Source of the DNA: an uncultured Spirochaetaceae bacterium
GTDB lineage: Bacteria; Spirochaetota; Spirochaetia; DSM-27196; SLST01
DNA: 64,000 nt
Direction: 5' to 3'
Assembly: GCA_964599075.1 (NCBI GenBank)
Contig: CAZREG010000004.1
Location: forward strand, 38,491 to 102,490
Notes under the pieces: generated by a model
Database searches by the model: none
Told to the model about the DNA's origin: nothing
The model's input: the letters and a program-made list of their open reading frames with translations, nothing else
Part shown: piece after piece, positions 27,761 through 37,061 of the stretch
Layout: every line of letters starts with the position of its first letter
How positions within the stretch are numbered: the stretch's first letter is position 1
Program-made: the position numbers and the translations under genes

Positions 27761-28801
27761 GTGGAAGAGAAACAGCGAATACTCACCGGCGACCGGCCTA
27801 CCGGTCGCCTGCACCTGGGGCACTACGTCGGGAGCCTGCAGAATCGGGTTCGCCTGCAGGAGAGCTACCAGTGCTTTTTTCTGGTTGCCGACCTGCATAT
27901 GCTCACGACAAAGCCCGGAAAAGAGCACATTGAGGCCATAACGGAGAACGCCCGCCAGATGGTGCTCGACTACCTTGCCTGTGGGATAGACCCTGAGCGC
28001 AGCGTTATCTATCTGCAGAGTGCAGTGCCGGAGATATATGAGCTGAACCTCTTCTTTGAGATGCTTGTCAGTGTGCCAAGACTGCAGAGACTTCCGAGCC
28101 TCAAGGACATGGTGCGTGATGCCGGCCTGAATGAGATGCCGTTCGGACTGCTCGGGTATCCGGTCCTGCAGAGTGCAGACATCCTGCTGCCGCGCGCCCA
28201 TCTTGTCCCGGTTGGGAAAGACAATGAGGCGCACGTAGAGTTGACGCGGGAGATCGCGCGACGGTTCAACAACTTCTACGGAGAAGTCTTTCCGGTACCG
28301 GAGGTGATGGTGGGTGATGTTCCGACGCTCGTGGGCACCGACGGCGCGGGAAAGATGAGCAAGAGCGTGGGAAACGCTATTCTTCTCAGCGACGACGAGC
28401 AGACGGTGAATCGGAAGGTCCGCGGCATGTACACGGATCCCAGGCGCGTACGCGCGGACATTCCCGGTACCGTTGAAGGAAACCCGGTCTTCGTCTATCA
28501 CGACGTGTTCAATACGAACGCGGGTGAAGTGGCTGAGCTGAAGGAACGCTACTCCACCGGTACCGTGGGAGATGTGGAAGTCAAGACGAAACTTGCCACG
28601 GCGATCAACGCCTTCCTGGCTCCCATTCGAGAGCGTAGAGCGGAGTTCGAGGGCAAGAAAGGCTTTGTGGACGAGGTGCTCTACAACGGGACCCTTCGTA
28701 TGCGCGAAGAGTCGCGTGAGACACTGCTGGCCGTGCGTAAGGCTATGGGCCTGGCCGGCGTCTGGAACAGTATCCGTCGCAAGGCGGAAAAGGCTCGCTG
28801 A
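27761..28801 (+). CDS. trpS: tryptophan--tRNA ligase
   Basis: TGDRPTGRLHLGHYVG (HIGH-type) and GKMSKS. The GTG at 27761 has a GAGGAG 7 nt upstream and starts right after the permease stop. The ATG at 27740 (ORF track) is an alternative. Confidence 0.9.
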   Translation: MEEKQRILTGDRPTGRLHLGHYVGSLQNRVRLQESYQCFFLVADLHMLTTKPGKEHIEAITENARQMVLDYLACGIDPERSVIYLQSAVPEIYELNLFFEMLVSVPRLQRLPSLKDMVRDAGLNEMPFGLLGYPVLQSADILLPRAHLVPVGKDNEAHVELTREIARRFNNFYGEVFPVPEVMVGDVPTLVGTDGAGKMSKSVGNAILLSDDEQTVNRKVRGMYTDPRRVRADIPGTVEGNPVFVYHDVFNTNAGEVAELKERYSTGTVGDVEVKTKLATAINAFLAPIRERRAEFEGKKGFVDEVLYNGTLRMREESRETLLAVRKAMGLAGVWNSIRRKAEKAR

Positions 28802-30319
28802 GTGTTGGATCACGACCATCAACTCTCTGTGGAGGCGGTGATATTCGACCTTGACGGCACTCTCATAGACAGTGAGCCAACCTACGAAAAGGTTGATCAA
28901 GAGTTCGTGCTCTCGAAAGGAGTCCTGTTCGGTGACACGAACTGGGGCAACTTTGCCGGTATTGGTGGCCGTGCTTTTGTCTCCCGGATGAAGGAAGAGT
29001 TCGGACTCAGCGGAGATATTGACTCCCTCGTCGCCGAAAAAGATGAGCTGTTCATGGCTCGGGCGGACAGCGTGACACCCTTTCCGGGTGTGCTCGAGCT
29101 GGTACGCTATCTCTACGTGCACGCTATCCCCATGGCCATCGCTACCAGCTCGAGACGGGTTGTGCTTGATACGGTCCTTTCACACACGGGTCTCGACCGG
29201 TACTTCCAGATCACTCTGAGTACAGACGACGTGAGATACCCCAAACCCGACCCGGAGATCTATCTGATGAGCTCCCGGCTTCTTGGCGTTGAGCCGGCAA
29301 GCTGTCTTGTGCTGGAGGACTCGCGTTATGGTGTCGCTGCGGCGACTGCGGCGGGAATGCAGGTTGTTGCTCTTCCTGCCGCGGATCAGGATCTATCGTA
29401 TTTTGAAAGCGCGTCAGTTATCGTTGACGGAGGGGCTGCCCGATTGGACCCGCACCGGGTAGTGGAGAGATTCGGACTTGCGGTTCCGCCGGCCGAGAGC
29501 ACGGAGGTTCCCCAACAGGTGGTCGCGCGCTTTCATTCGGTCGTCTATGAGCATGCCGCTTTGAACCCGCGCCCCATGCCCTGGAGGCAGACTCGAGACC
29601 CCTATCACATCCTTGTGAGTGAGTTTATGCTCCAGCAGACGCAGGTCTCGCGGGTTATCCCACGGTATCATGCTTTTCTCCGCCGCTTTCCCACTGTTGA
29701 ATCTCTGGCATCGGCAAGCGTTTCCGAGGTGCTTACGCTCTGGCAGGGCCTTGGCTACAACCGCCGTGGAAAGTTCCTGCTCGAGGCTGCCCGCCAGGTC
29801 GTCGGGAGGCACGGCGGGTTGGTCCCTGGAGAGACTCATGAGCTTCGAGCACTCCCGGGTGTGGGAGCATACACCGCCTCGGCGGTGGCTGCATTTGCCT
29901 TTCTGCAACCTTCAACGGTCGTTGAGACGAACATCCGCAGAGTGGTGCTTCACTACTTCTTTGCAGGATGCAGGGGCGTGGCAGAACGATCTGTTGAAGA
30001 AGTTGTGGCGCATCTTGTAGACCGTGAAGACCCGCGGCGGTGGTACTATGCTCTGATGGACTACGGAAGCTTCCTCGCCGCGGTGGTTCCCAACGCGAAC
30101 CGGCGAAGTGCCCGCTACACCGTACAGAGCCGGTTTGAAGGCTCGTTGCGTCAGGTTCGCGGGCAGATCGTGCGCGCGCTGACACGGGCCGCCCCGCTTG
30201 ACCTTCGCGAGCTTGAGAGAGAGATCGGACCCACGGATGAACGGTTTGAACGGGCAATTCAATCTCTGAAGGCCGACGGAATGCTTGGAGAGGACAGGAG
30301 GGGCTTTTTCCTGCCCTGA
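28802..30319 (+). CDS. fusion protein: HAD-superfamily phosphatase (N-terminal) plus MutY/EndoIII-like HhH-GPD glycosylase domain lacking the Fe-S Cys motif, plus a short C-terminal helical domain
   Basis: GTG start. HAD motif I is IFDLDGTLIDSE. The MutY-like region reads PYHILVSEFMLQQTQVSRVIPRY...LWQGLGYNRRGK...LPGVGAYTA. No CX6CX2CX5C motif follows ALMDYG. Confidence 0.75.
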   Translation: MLDHDHQLSVEAVIFDLDGTLIDSEPTYEKVDQEFVLSKGVLFGDTNWGNFAGIGGRAFVSRMKEEFGLSGDIDSLVAEKDELFMARADSVTPFPGVLELVRYLYVHAIPMAIATSSRRVVLDTVLSHTGLDRYFQITLSTDDVRYPKPDPEIYLMSSRLLGVEPASCLVLEDSRYGVAAATAAGMQVVALPAADQDLSYFESASVIVDGGAARLDPHRVVERFGLAVPPAESTEVPQQVVARFHSVVYEHAALNPRPMPWRQTRDPYHILVSEFMLQQTQVSRVIPRYHAFLRRFPTVESLASASVSEVLTLWQGLGYNRRGKFLLEAARQVVGRHGGLVPGETHELRALPGVGAYTASAVAAFAFLQPSTVVETNIRRVVLHYFFAGCRGVAERSVEEVVAHLVDREDPRRWYYALMDYGSFLAAVVPNANRRSARYTVQSRFEGSLRQVRGQIVRALTRAAPLDLRELEREIGPTDERFERAIQSLKADGMLGEDRRGFFLP

Positions 30320-30320
30320 T

Positions 30321-32171
30321 TCAGATTCCCGCTCTGTCGACCATTCCGCGTAGCCATGAGAGGAGCTGCTGCTCAAGCTCCGGCTTCTCTCCCTCCACGT
30401 CCACCATGATTCGGAATACCGGTTCTGTCTTGCTGCCGCGCATCCAGAGAAAACCGCGTTCCCATGAGTCCCGGTCCAGCAGAGCAATCTTCATTCCCCC
30501 GGTCTCGCGTCCGCTTCGGTTTCCCGCGCCGTGACGGACAGAGGTTCCCTCGTAGTTGATGATCTGCCAACCGACTACGGCAAGCTCCCGCTCAAGAACC
30601 TCAGCCATCGCGTTGAACTCCGCCGGGAGATTGGCCTCAAACTTTCGCTTCAACGCTGCCGTCGAGCCCTCTGATATACGCATAACTGCGCGGTCCTCAT
30701 AGGCGCTGGTGGTTGTAAAGCTAGGGAGAGAGCCTATGAGCCAGCTTAAAGTCGGCTGGAACGACGCCTTCCTAAGACCATTGTGCTCCGCCCACAGCTC
30801 GATCGGAGCGGGGCCGGAGGCCGCGGCAGGCGTAATCAGGAGTTTGAGCAGTGCCGCCACGGTGTTCAGAGGGTCACGGACAAGCGCCGGGTGCACGATT
30901 GTTCCGCCATTTGAGCCCTCACCGGTAAGCCGGACCAGATAGCCACGCTCGCGAAGCTCATCGGCAGCGCGAAGCACATTGGCCTCACCAACCTCCGCTC
31001 GTACGACTTCCACGCCGAACCGCTGTGCTATTCGCTCTACGCGAAGAGAGGTGGGGCCGTTGACCACCACCGCTACCCGTTCCTGCCTGGAAAGCGCCCC
31101 GGTCGCCTCGAGCCAGGCAAGCTCCGCCACGCATGCGATGGCGAATACGCTCTGAGCATCGATCGCCTGGGCACCTCCGCTGCTGTTGTCATAGTAGACA
31201 AGATTTCCCCGGTCGCCATCGTTATCAGGTACGTAGCCAAGAAGCACTGCGTCAGGTGCCGGCGGCGCCTCCCGGGCCCGCTGCTCGAGGGCACGTCGGC
31301 ACTCCTGCAGAGCCGATCCCTCCGGGACGATCTGGTGCGCAATCCTGCCCGGCTCGGCGTTGATAAAATGTGCCGTGATACCAAGATTTTCAAAGAACCG
31401 CCTGTCTATGCTCGCGGCTCTTGCGCTTCCGTTGAGATCTCCAACGATCGTGACGTCCCGGCGCCGGGTAGCGTTGCGGAAGGCAGCAACAAGATGTGGG
31501 GCTCGAGGGCCCGGGCCGGCCATTGTCTGTCCAACAAACTCGGCATAAGAGTCAAGGGCGGCTTGTTTCCACTGTTGACGCCCTTCCAGTAAGCGAAGGC
31601 CGCACTCTCGTACCTCCCGGGACCTGTCGCCCCCTGCGAGCAGCGCAGAGACTTCAGAAACAGCATCAGCTGATTCGCATAGCTCGCGAAACGCGGTGAT
31701 AAGCGCTTCTGCTCTCTGCCCGCCAAGAACGCCACCGGGGACAAGACCCATCTTGAGGCCGTTGTGACCCGCGGGATTGTGACTCGCACTCACGTAGAAG
31801 AAACCGGCTATCCCGGGAGTTCGGTTTGCATAGGCAATTATCTCAGGCGTTGTGGCCACGCCAAGAAGATGAATGGCAATGCCGCGAGCGCAGAAGACCC
31901 GTATCACGGCTTCCTGGATAGCGGGACCGGTGGGTCTGGTGTCAGTGCCCAGCACTACCGCCTGATCACCGGGAAGCCGCTGTGAAAAGGCCATTGCGGC
32001 GAGTCCGGATATGACACGGAGGACGTCGGGAACGTTTGGGCTCAGGCTCTCCTCGGCTCCGTCTGCGGCAAAGACAGTTCGCCAGCCGGATGCGCTGAGA
32101 ATCATCTGCCCGAGTCTTTGTGAAACGGCCAGGAGGGTCGGTTGCGTTCGAATCAGGGATCCTTCCTCCAT
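30321..32171 (-). CDS. alpha-D-phosphohexomutase family protein (phosphoglucomutase/phosphomannomutase)
   Basis: Active-site loop YVSASHNPAGHNGLK, metal loop PDNDGDRG and N-terminal SASGWR. Confidence 0.85.
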   Translation of the reverse strand: MEEGSLIRTQPTLLAVSQRLGQMILSASGWRTVFAADGAEESLSPNVPDVLRVISGLAAMAFSQRLPGDQAVVLGTDTRPTGPAIQEAVIRVFCARGIAIHLLGVATTPEIIAYANRTPGIAGFFYVSASHNPAGHNGLKMGLVPGGVLGGQRAEALITAFRELCESADAVSEVSALLAGGDRSREVRECGLRLLEGRQQWKQAALDSYAEFVGQTMAGPGPRAPHLVAAFRNATRRRDVTIVGDLNGSARAASIDRRFFENLGITAHFINAEPGRIAHQIVPEGSALQECRRALEQRAREAPPAPDAVLLGYVPDNDGDRGNLVYYDNSSGGAQAIDAQSVFAIACVAELAWLEATGALSRQERVAVVVNGPTSLRVERIAQRFGVEVVRAEVGEANVLRAADELRERGYLVRLTGEGSNGGTIVHPALVRDPLNTVAALLKLLITPAAASGPAPIELWAEHNGLRKASFQPTLSWLIGSLPSFTTTSAYEDRAVMRISEGSTAALKRKFEANLPAEFNAMAEVLERELAVVGWQIINYEGTSVRHGAGNRSGRETGGMKIALLDRDSWERGFLWMRGSKTEPVFRIMVDVEGEKPELEQQLLSWLRGMVDRAGI

Positions 32172-32173
32172 TT

Positions 32174-33283
32174 CTAAAAGTGAAACCCGAACCCAATGCC
32201 GAGCGGGTTCCAGATCTCACCGCTACGCGTGTCGCCCGTCCAGGCGAATGACGTGTAGAAGACCAGGGCGGCCAGGTCGAAAAAATCGATTGAGAGACCC
32301 GCCCCGCTTGAAAGCAGCAGCCCGGAGTCCTGTGATTCGACTGGAGAGGCGGAGTCCAGATCGTTGAAGTACCCGGCATCCGTGAACACAACAAGCCCTG
32401 GAATAATACTTGGCAGAATTATGGAGGGGAGCGAGGCCCGAAGCTCCAGGTTTGTGATTGCCTTGAATGTGGAGTCGAAACGGCCGGATCCATATCCACG
32501 CACCGAACCTCCCGGAGCGCCACGAAGTGAGCGGCCGCCCGTTGTCTGTCGAACGGCGATTGGAACATCGGGACCGTATGCCCAGTCGATGGCGCTGAAA
32601 CCGGCCAGGTAGAGAGAAAAGCGGTTGAATCCGTCCCGTGGGGGCAGAGCGAGCAGCGGCAGGAACGCCGAGCCTTTCACCGTAAGCCGGGTGAACTCTG
32701 CACTGCCGAGAACCTCGTTGTGCAGGAACGAAGGTCCCCACTCAACGGCGAGCTCCGCCGTGACTCCCGACAGCTCGCGAGTGAGGGGGGCCTTGACCAC
32801 GGTGGACCAGGCGAGACCGGTGAGAACTGAGCCGCGAAGCGTGGCGGTGATCGGCGGCAATCCGGCATCGGCGGCTTCGGAGTCACTGATCGCGAGCGGC
32901 AGGCGGTACCGCCCGCGGTAGATCGCGTACACAACCGCCGCGTCACTTGCGGAGTCAGCTCGCGGAACTATGCCCTGCTGGAGTCCAAGCTCCCAGAGCA
33001 GGTCAAAGCGGTCGTAGCTTGTAACGGCGTCTGTAGCCAACTGATCAACAAACAGCAGAGAGCCGTCTGCCGCGCGATTGTATCCAACGCTCTCGTATGC
33101 GCCGCTCAAACGGGCGGTAACCGATGTCTCCACGTCCTGTTCACTTGCCGGCTCTGTGATGTAGCGACCGTCTATGGTTGCGCCAATGATACGAGGCCCA
33201 AACCTGAACTCCCATTCTCCGCTCTGTGCAGGCAGGGCCCCTGCGAGAAGCGTAAGCACCGTCGCGAAAACAAAATTTCTCAT
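32174..33283 (-). CDS. outer-membrane beta-barrel protein (Omp85/surface-antigen-like barrel)
   Basis: Signal peptide MRNFVFATVLTLLAGALPAQ, alternating beta-strand pattern and a C-terminal ...GIGFGFHF with terminal Phe. It lies 2 nt upstream of the phosphohexomutase gene. Confidence 0.6.
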   Translation of the reverse strand: MRNFVFATVLTLLAGALPAQSGEWEFRFGPRIIGATIDGRYITEPASEQDVETSVTARLSGAYESVGYNRAADGSLLFVDQLATDAVTSYDRFDLLWELGLQQGIVPRADSASDAAVVYAIYRGRYRLPLAISDSEAADAGLPPITATLRGSVLTGLAWSTVVKAPLTRELSGVTAELAVEWGPSFLHNEVLGSAEFTRLTVKGSAFLPLLALPPRDGFNRFSLYLAGFSAIDWAYGPDVPIAVRQTTGGRSLRGAPGGSVRGYGSGRFDSTFKAITNLELRASLPSIILPSIIPGLVVFTDAGYFNDLDSASPVESQDSGLLLSSGAGLSIDFFDLAALVFYTSFAWTGDTRSGEIWNPLGIGFGFHF

Positions 33284-33289
33284 GCTGCG

Positions 33290-33318
33290 ACTGTAGCTGA
33301 ACGGGTAGGTGTGGACAA
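33290..33318 (-). promoter_or_regulatory. TTGTCC-17-TACAGT promoter, 6 nt upstream of ATG 33283
   Basis: Read on the minus strand. No Shine-Dalgarno is present. Confidence 0.5.
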
Positions 33319-33384
33319 GGCTGAAGTGTCTTGCGATTCTTGGTTTGAAGAATTATAACTGTATAGAGGATTTGGACGGACTTT

Positions 33385-34644
33385 GTGAAAAAGATACTTG
33401 TAATTGATGAATCCAACCTGTTTCGCGACTTTCTCACCGGCAAACTCAAGGAGTTTGACTTTGAAGTGATCCCAGCGGTGAATGGCCTTGATGGTGCATC
33501 CAAGCTGAGGCGGGAAGTTCCTGACCTGGTCATAATGGACTACTACCTCAGTCGGGTTTCGAGCCTGGAGCTTCTTCAGGGTAAAAAGGCCGATCCGAAC
33601 ACGGCGGGTATTCCAGTAATCCTCACGTCCGGCCGTGTGGAGAAAGACAAGCTGCTGCAGGTCCTCCCGTACAACGTGAAGCGGGCATTCACAAAACCGA
33701 TCCGTATGGACGCTCTGGTGAAGACGATCTCCGAACTGCTTGATGTGACGCTTGAGATTGACAACACTCCCTCCATCATTGAGGCTCACGTCAATGACGA
33801 CATTATTTTTATAGAGATAGCCCAGGGGTTAAACACGGAGAAGATCGAGCTCCTGAAATACAAGCTCACCGAGCTCCTTGATCTCTACGAGCTTGATTCC
33901 CCGAAGGTTCTGGTCATCATGTCCAGCATTGAGGTCGGGCCGGAAGACTCGATCAAGCTCAGCGCGCTGTTCACCACGATACTTGACAACGCAGGTGCAA
34001 AGCCCGCCCAGGTGAAGGTCCTGACAAACTCCGAGTTCATGACCAGTTTTATAGAAGACCGAAACGAGTACGGCGGTGTAGAGGTGACGGATAACCTCGA
34101 GGCGGCCATGGACGGGCTGCTCGGACGTCGTGCCGGAAGCTACATTGATCGAGAGAGTAAAACCGTGCAGCAGGAGTTCCTGCAGAGCTCTGCGCCAAAG
34201 AAGACAAAGGGAGAGACTATCGAGACGCGGTTTCAGAGTGAAAAGCTTGATGACTACGACCTTTCAGACGTACCGGACGACGTCCAGATAGCACTCGTAG
34301 ACGACGATATGGTGATTCGCGAGATGGTAAAGGCAGTGTTCGCAGATACTGGATTCAACCTTCTCGAGTTCGAGAACGGCCGGCAGTTTGTTGATTCGCT
34401 TGCCGATTCAAACTATGACCTGGTGTTCCTGGACCTCATGATGCCGGAGATGGACGGGTTCGAGGTAATGGCTCATCTGCAGAACGAGCAGTTTGAAACG
34501 CCGGTGATAGTACTCTCCGCGCTCTCAAAGAAAGAGACTGTTGTCAAAGCGTTGCAGTACGGTGTAACGAGCTACCTGATCAAGCCGCTCGATCCGCCCT
34601 CGCTTCTTAACAAGGCGCGCGAGGTGCTGAAGACGAGCTTTTGA
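33385..34644 (+). CDS. response-regulator protein, REC / STAS-like / REC, no DNA-binding output
   Basis: GTG start. REC1 is KKILVIDES...DLVIMDYYL...KP. The central roughly 150 aa (IIFIEIAQGL...VLVIMSSIEVGPEDSIKLSAL) resembles a STAS/anti-sigma-antagonist fold. REC2 is IALVDDD...DLVFLDLMMPEMDG...KP. Confidence 0.7.
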   Translation: MKKILVIDESNLFRDFLTGKLKEFDFEVIPAVNGLDGASKLRREVPDLVIMDYYLSRVSSLELLQGKKADPNTAGIPVILTSGRVEKDKLLQVLPYNVKRAFTKPIRMDALVKTISELLDVTLEIDNTPSIIEAHVNDDIIFIEIAQGLNTEKIELLKYKLTELLDLYELDSPKVLVIMSSIEVGPEDSIKLSALFTTILDNAGAKPAQVKVLTNSEFMTSFIEDRNEYGGVEVTDNLEAAMDGLLGRRAGSYIDRESKTVQQEFLQSSAPKKTKGETIETRFQSEKLDDYDLSDVPDDVQIALVDDDMVIREMVKAVFADTGFNLLEFENGRQFVDSLADSNYDLVFLDLMMPEMDGFEVMAHLQNEQFETPVIVLSALSKKETVVKALQYGVTSYLIKPLDPPSLLNKAREVLKTSF

Positions 34645-37037
34645 TGAATGCCGCTGTCTACGCCGCTGTCTTTGCGAACTCTTCAGTCGGGATGGCGGTC
34701 ACCACATCCGATTCCACCATCCTTGAGCACAACGAGGCCCTCGCCAATCTCTGTCGTCGCAATGATCTTTCACACAAGATCCGGCGTGTCGCTGATCTTC
34801 TGCACCCCGATGACATTGATCGGGCAATGGAGAGATTCAGGCAGCTGCGCGCCGTTGGGGAACAGAAGAGCTGGCTTACGCGTCTGAACTCCCCGGGCCG
34901 ATCTGTGGTATGGCAGTTCGACGTATCGGTGATTGGCGAGTCCGCGGGTGAGCCACTTCTGCTGGTCAGCGTGCGCGACGTCACCCTTCAAAAACGGACC
35001 GAGCAACACCTGAAGCGAGCGAAGGATGATGCAGAGCGCGCAACCCGCACAAAATCGGCCTTCCTGGCGAATATGAGTCATGAGATTCGCACACCAATTC
35101 ACACCGTTACCGGGATGACCGAACTGCTCACCGAGACCGCGTTAGATGAGGAGCAGCGCGAGTACGCCGAGCAGATTCGCTTCTCGGCAGATGTGTTGCT
35201 CTTTTTGATCAACGACATTCTTGACTTCTCCAAGATTGAAGCGGGCAGACTCAGTCTGGAACTGATTGAGGTCTCTCTGGGAACCATCGTGGAAGAATCG
35301 GTGGAGATGATTAGTCTCCAGGCCCACCGTAAGGGCGTGGAAACTATCGTCCATATTGGGAATGGCGTCCCGCAGCTGGTGACAGGTGATCCGGGAAGAC
35401 TGCGCCAGATCATCATCAATCTCACCAACAACGCGGTGAAGTTCACCGCTACCGGTGAAATCGCCGTTCGTGTCTCGACGGTGGGCGAGGTCGATGGCAC
35501 GGCCACGGTTCGGGTGGAGGTTCGGGACTCTGGAATAGGGATCCCGCCGGAGAAACAGGGTTCGCTGTTCAGCGCGTTCAGCCAGGTTGACTCCTCGACA
35601 ACCCGGAAGTTTGGCGGCAGTGGCCTTGGATTGAGTATCTGTAACAGTCTTGTTGGGATGATGGCCGGCAGCATAGGTGTTGAGAGCACCCCCGGGACAG
35701 GCAGCACATTCTGGTTTGAGATTCCTTTTGAGGTTTTGGAGCCGTGCCGCGAGCCGGACCCGGTTCTGGAGGGTAAACGCGTCCTTCTCGTTGACGACAA
35801 CAAACTCTCCTCCCGTGCCGTGATTGATTACCTACAGCGCCTTGGGGCGGCGGTGGAGTCGGTCGATACCGGTGAGGAGGCCGTCCACCAGCTGCTCGCG
35901 GCTGCGGGAGCAGCTGGGTTCGACCTGGTGCTTGTAGATCTGGAGCTACCCGGAATGGACGGTTGGCAGCTTGCGAGCCGGATCACCGCCGAGCCTTCGA
36001 TCGCTGATATCCCCCGGATTCTGATGAGCCCGAAGGGATTGCTCGCCGGTGAGGCGAAGATGAAGCGCCTTCGCTGGTTTCAGGGATACATCAGCAAGCC
36101 TGTTTCGCTTGATGAGTTCTTTGAGGCGACTCGCTCGGCGACCCTTGATGTCCCTGAGCTCGAGGCGCTGGATGATGAGCCGGCTGAGCTTCTTGAGGAG
36201 ATCTCCTACTCGTCAGCGAGGATTGTTGTGGCTGAAGATCATATGGTCAACCAGCAGCTATTCCGTACCATTCTCGAGAAGCTCGGTCATCAGGTGATTC
36301 TGGCCACAGATGGCAAGGAAGCGATCGAGGCTGCGCGTGCCGTAGAGGTTGATCTCATCTTTATGGACGTTCAGATGCCGAACATGAACGGCTACGAAGC
36401 AACCGCTGCGCTCAGGGAGAACGGTTTTGACAGACCAATCGTGGCGGTCACCGCGAATGCCGTGAAAGGTGAGCGCGACAAGTGCCTTGCTGCGGGGATG
36501 AACGACTTCCTCACCAAACCCTTCAAGAAGAAGGACCTGGTGACTCTGCTCGATCGGTGGCTCGTGGCAGACAGATCTGCTCAGATCCAATCCGATCCGG
36601 TTGAACAGATCGGCGACCCGAAGGAGCCCGAGGACCCTGCCTATGGAGACCCGGAGTTTCCGGTTTCAGAATCCATGCTCGGGCGGCCACTGCAACCCCT
36701 GATCGGTGCTCCCATTGACCTGGATGCGGCGCGGGGACGTTTTATGGGAAAGGACGAAATCCTTCAGAAGGTTGTCACCGGCTTTCTTGGGAGCCTGGCG
36801 TCGGGGATAGAACAGATTGAGCTGGCAGTCGAGACAGCCGATCTTGAGCAGGTCCGCGCCGGGGCGCACACGATCAAGGGCGGGGCGTGGAGCCTTGAAG
36901 CAACCCCGCTTGGAAACGCCGCGGCATTGCTGGAAGCGAGTGCAAAGGCCGGCTGGGACGCCCATTGCCGCCACTACCTTGCAGACCTGCGCGCCGCTGC
37001 CGAAGAACTCAAAGCGGCGCTCTCGGATACCCGGTGA
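34641..37037 (+). CDS. hybrid sensor histidine kinase (PAS-HisKA-HATPase-REC-REC-HPt)
   Basis: H-box MSHEIRTPIHTV, N-box NLTNNAVKFT, G-boxes DSGIGI and GSGLGLSIC, two REC domains (VLLVDDN..LVDLELPGMDG and IVVAEDH..FMDVQMPNMNG), and HPt AHTIKGGA. There is a 4-nt overlap with the upstream gene. Confidence 0.9.
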   Translation: MMNAAVYAAVFANSSVGMAVTTSDSTILEHNEALANLCRRNDLSHKIRRVADLLHPDDIDRAMERFRQLRAVGEQKSWLTRLNSPGRSVVWQFDVSVIGESAGEPLLLVSVRDVTLQKRTEQHLKRAKDDAERATRTKSAFLANMSHEIRTPIHTVTGMTELLTETALDEEQREYAEQIRFSADVLLFLINDILDFSKIEAGRLSLELIEVSLGTIVEESVEMISLQAHRKGVETIVHIGNGVPQLVTGDPGRLRQIIINLTNNAVKFTATGEIAVRVSTVGEVDGTATVRVEVRDSGIGIPPEKQGSLFSAFSQVDSSTTRKFGGSGLGLSICNSLVGMMAGSIGVESTPGTGSTFWFEIPFEVLEPCREPDPVLEGKRVLLVDDNKLSSRAVIDYLQRLGAAVESVDTGEEAVHQLLAAAGAAGFDLVLVDLELPGMDGWQLASRITAEPSIADIPRILMSPKGLLAGEAKMKRLRWFQGYISKPVSLDEFFEATRSATLDVPELEALDDEPAELLEEISYSSARIVVAEDHMVNQQLFRTILEKLGHQVILATDGKEAIEAARAVEVDLIFMDVQMPNMNGYEATAALRENGFDRPIVAVTANAVKGERDKCLAAGMNDFLTKPFKKKDLVTLLDRWLVADRSAQIQSDPVEQIGDPKEPEDPAYGDPEFPVSESMLGRPLQPLIGAPIDLDAARGRFMGKDEILQKVVTGFLGSLASGIEQIELAVETADLEQVRAGAHTIKGGAWSLEATPLGNAAALLEASAKAGWDAHCRHYLADLRAAAEELKAALSDTR

Positions 37038-37061
37038 CTGAACGGACGGAATAGTCCCAGG

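Noticed and set aside
27677-29122. 481-aa antisense ORF spanning all of trpS and the start of the HAD::MutY gene. It is tempting in light of sense/antisense aaRS-origin ideas.
   Set aside because: The sense strand carries unambiguous TrpRS and HAD motifs. Long stop-free antisense frames are expected in GC-rich coding DNA. The translated product is low-complexity and Arg/His/Leu-rich, with no motif, Shine-Dalgarno or promoter.
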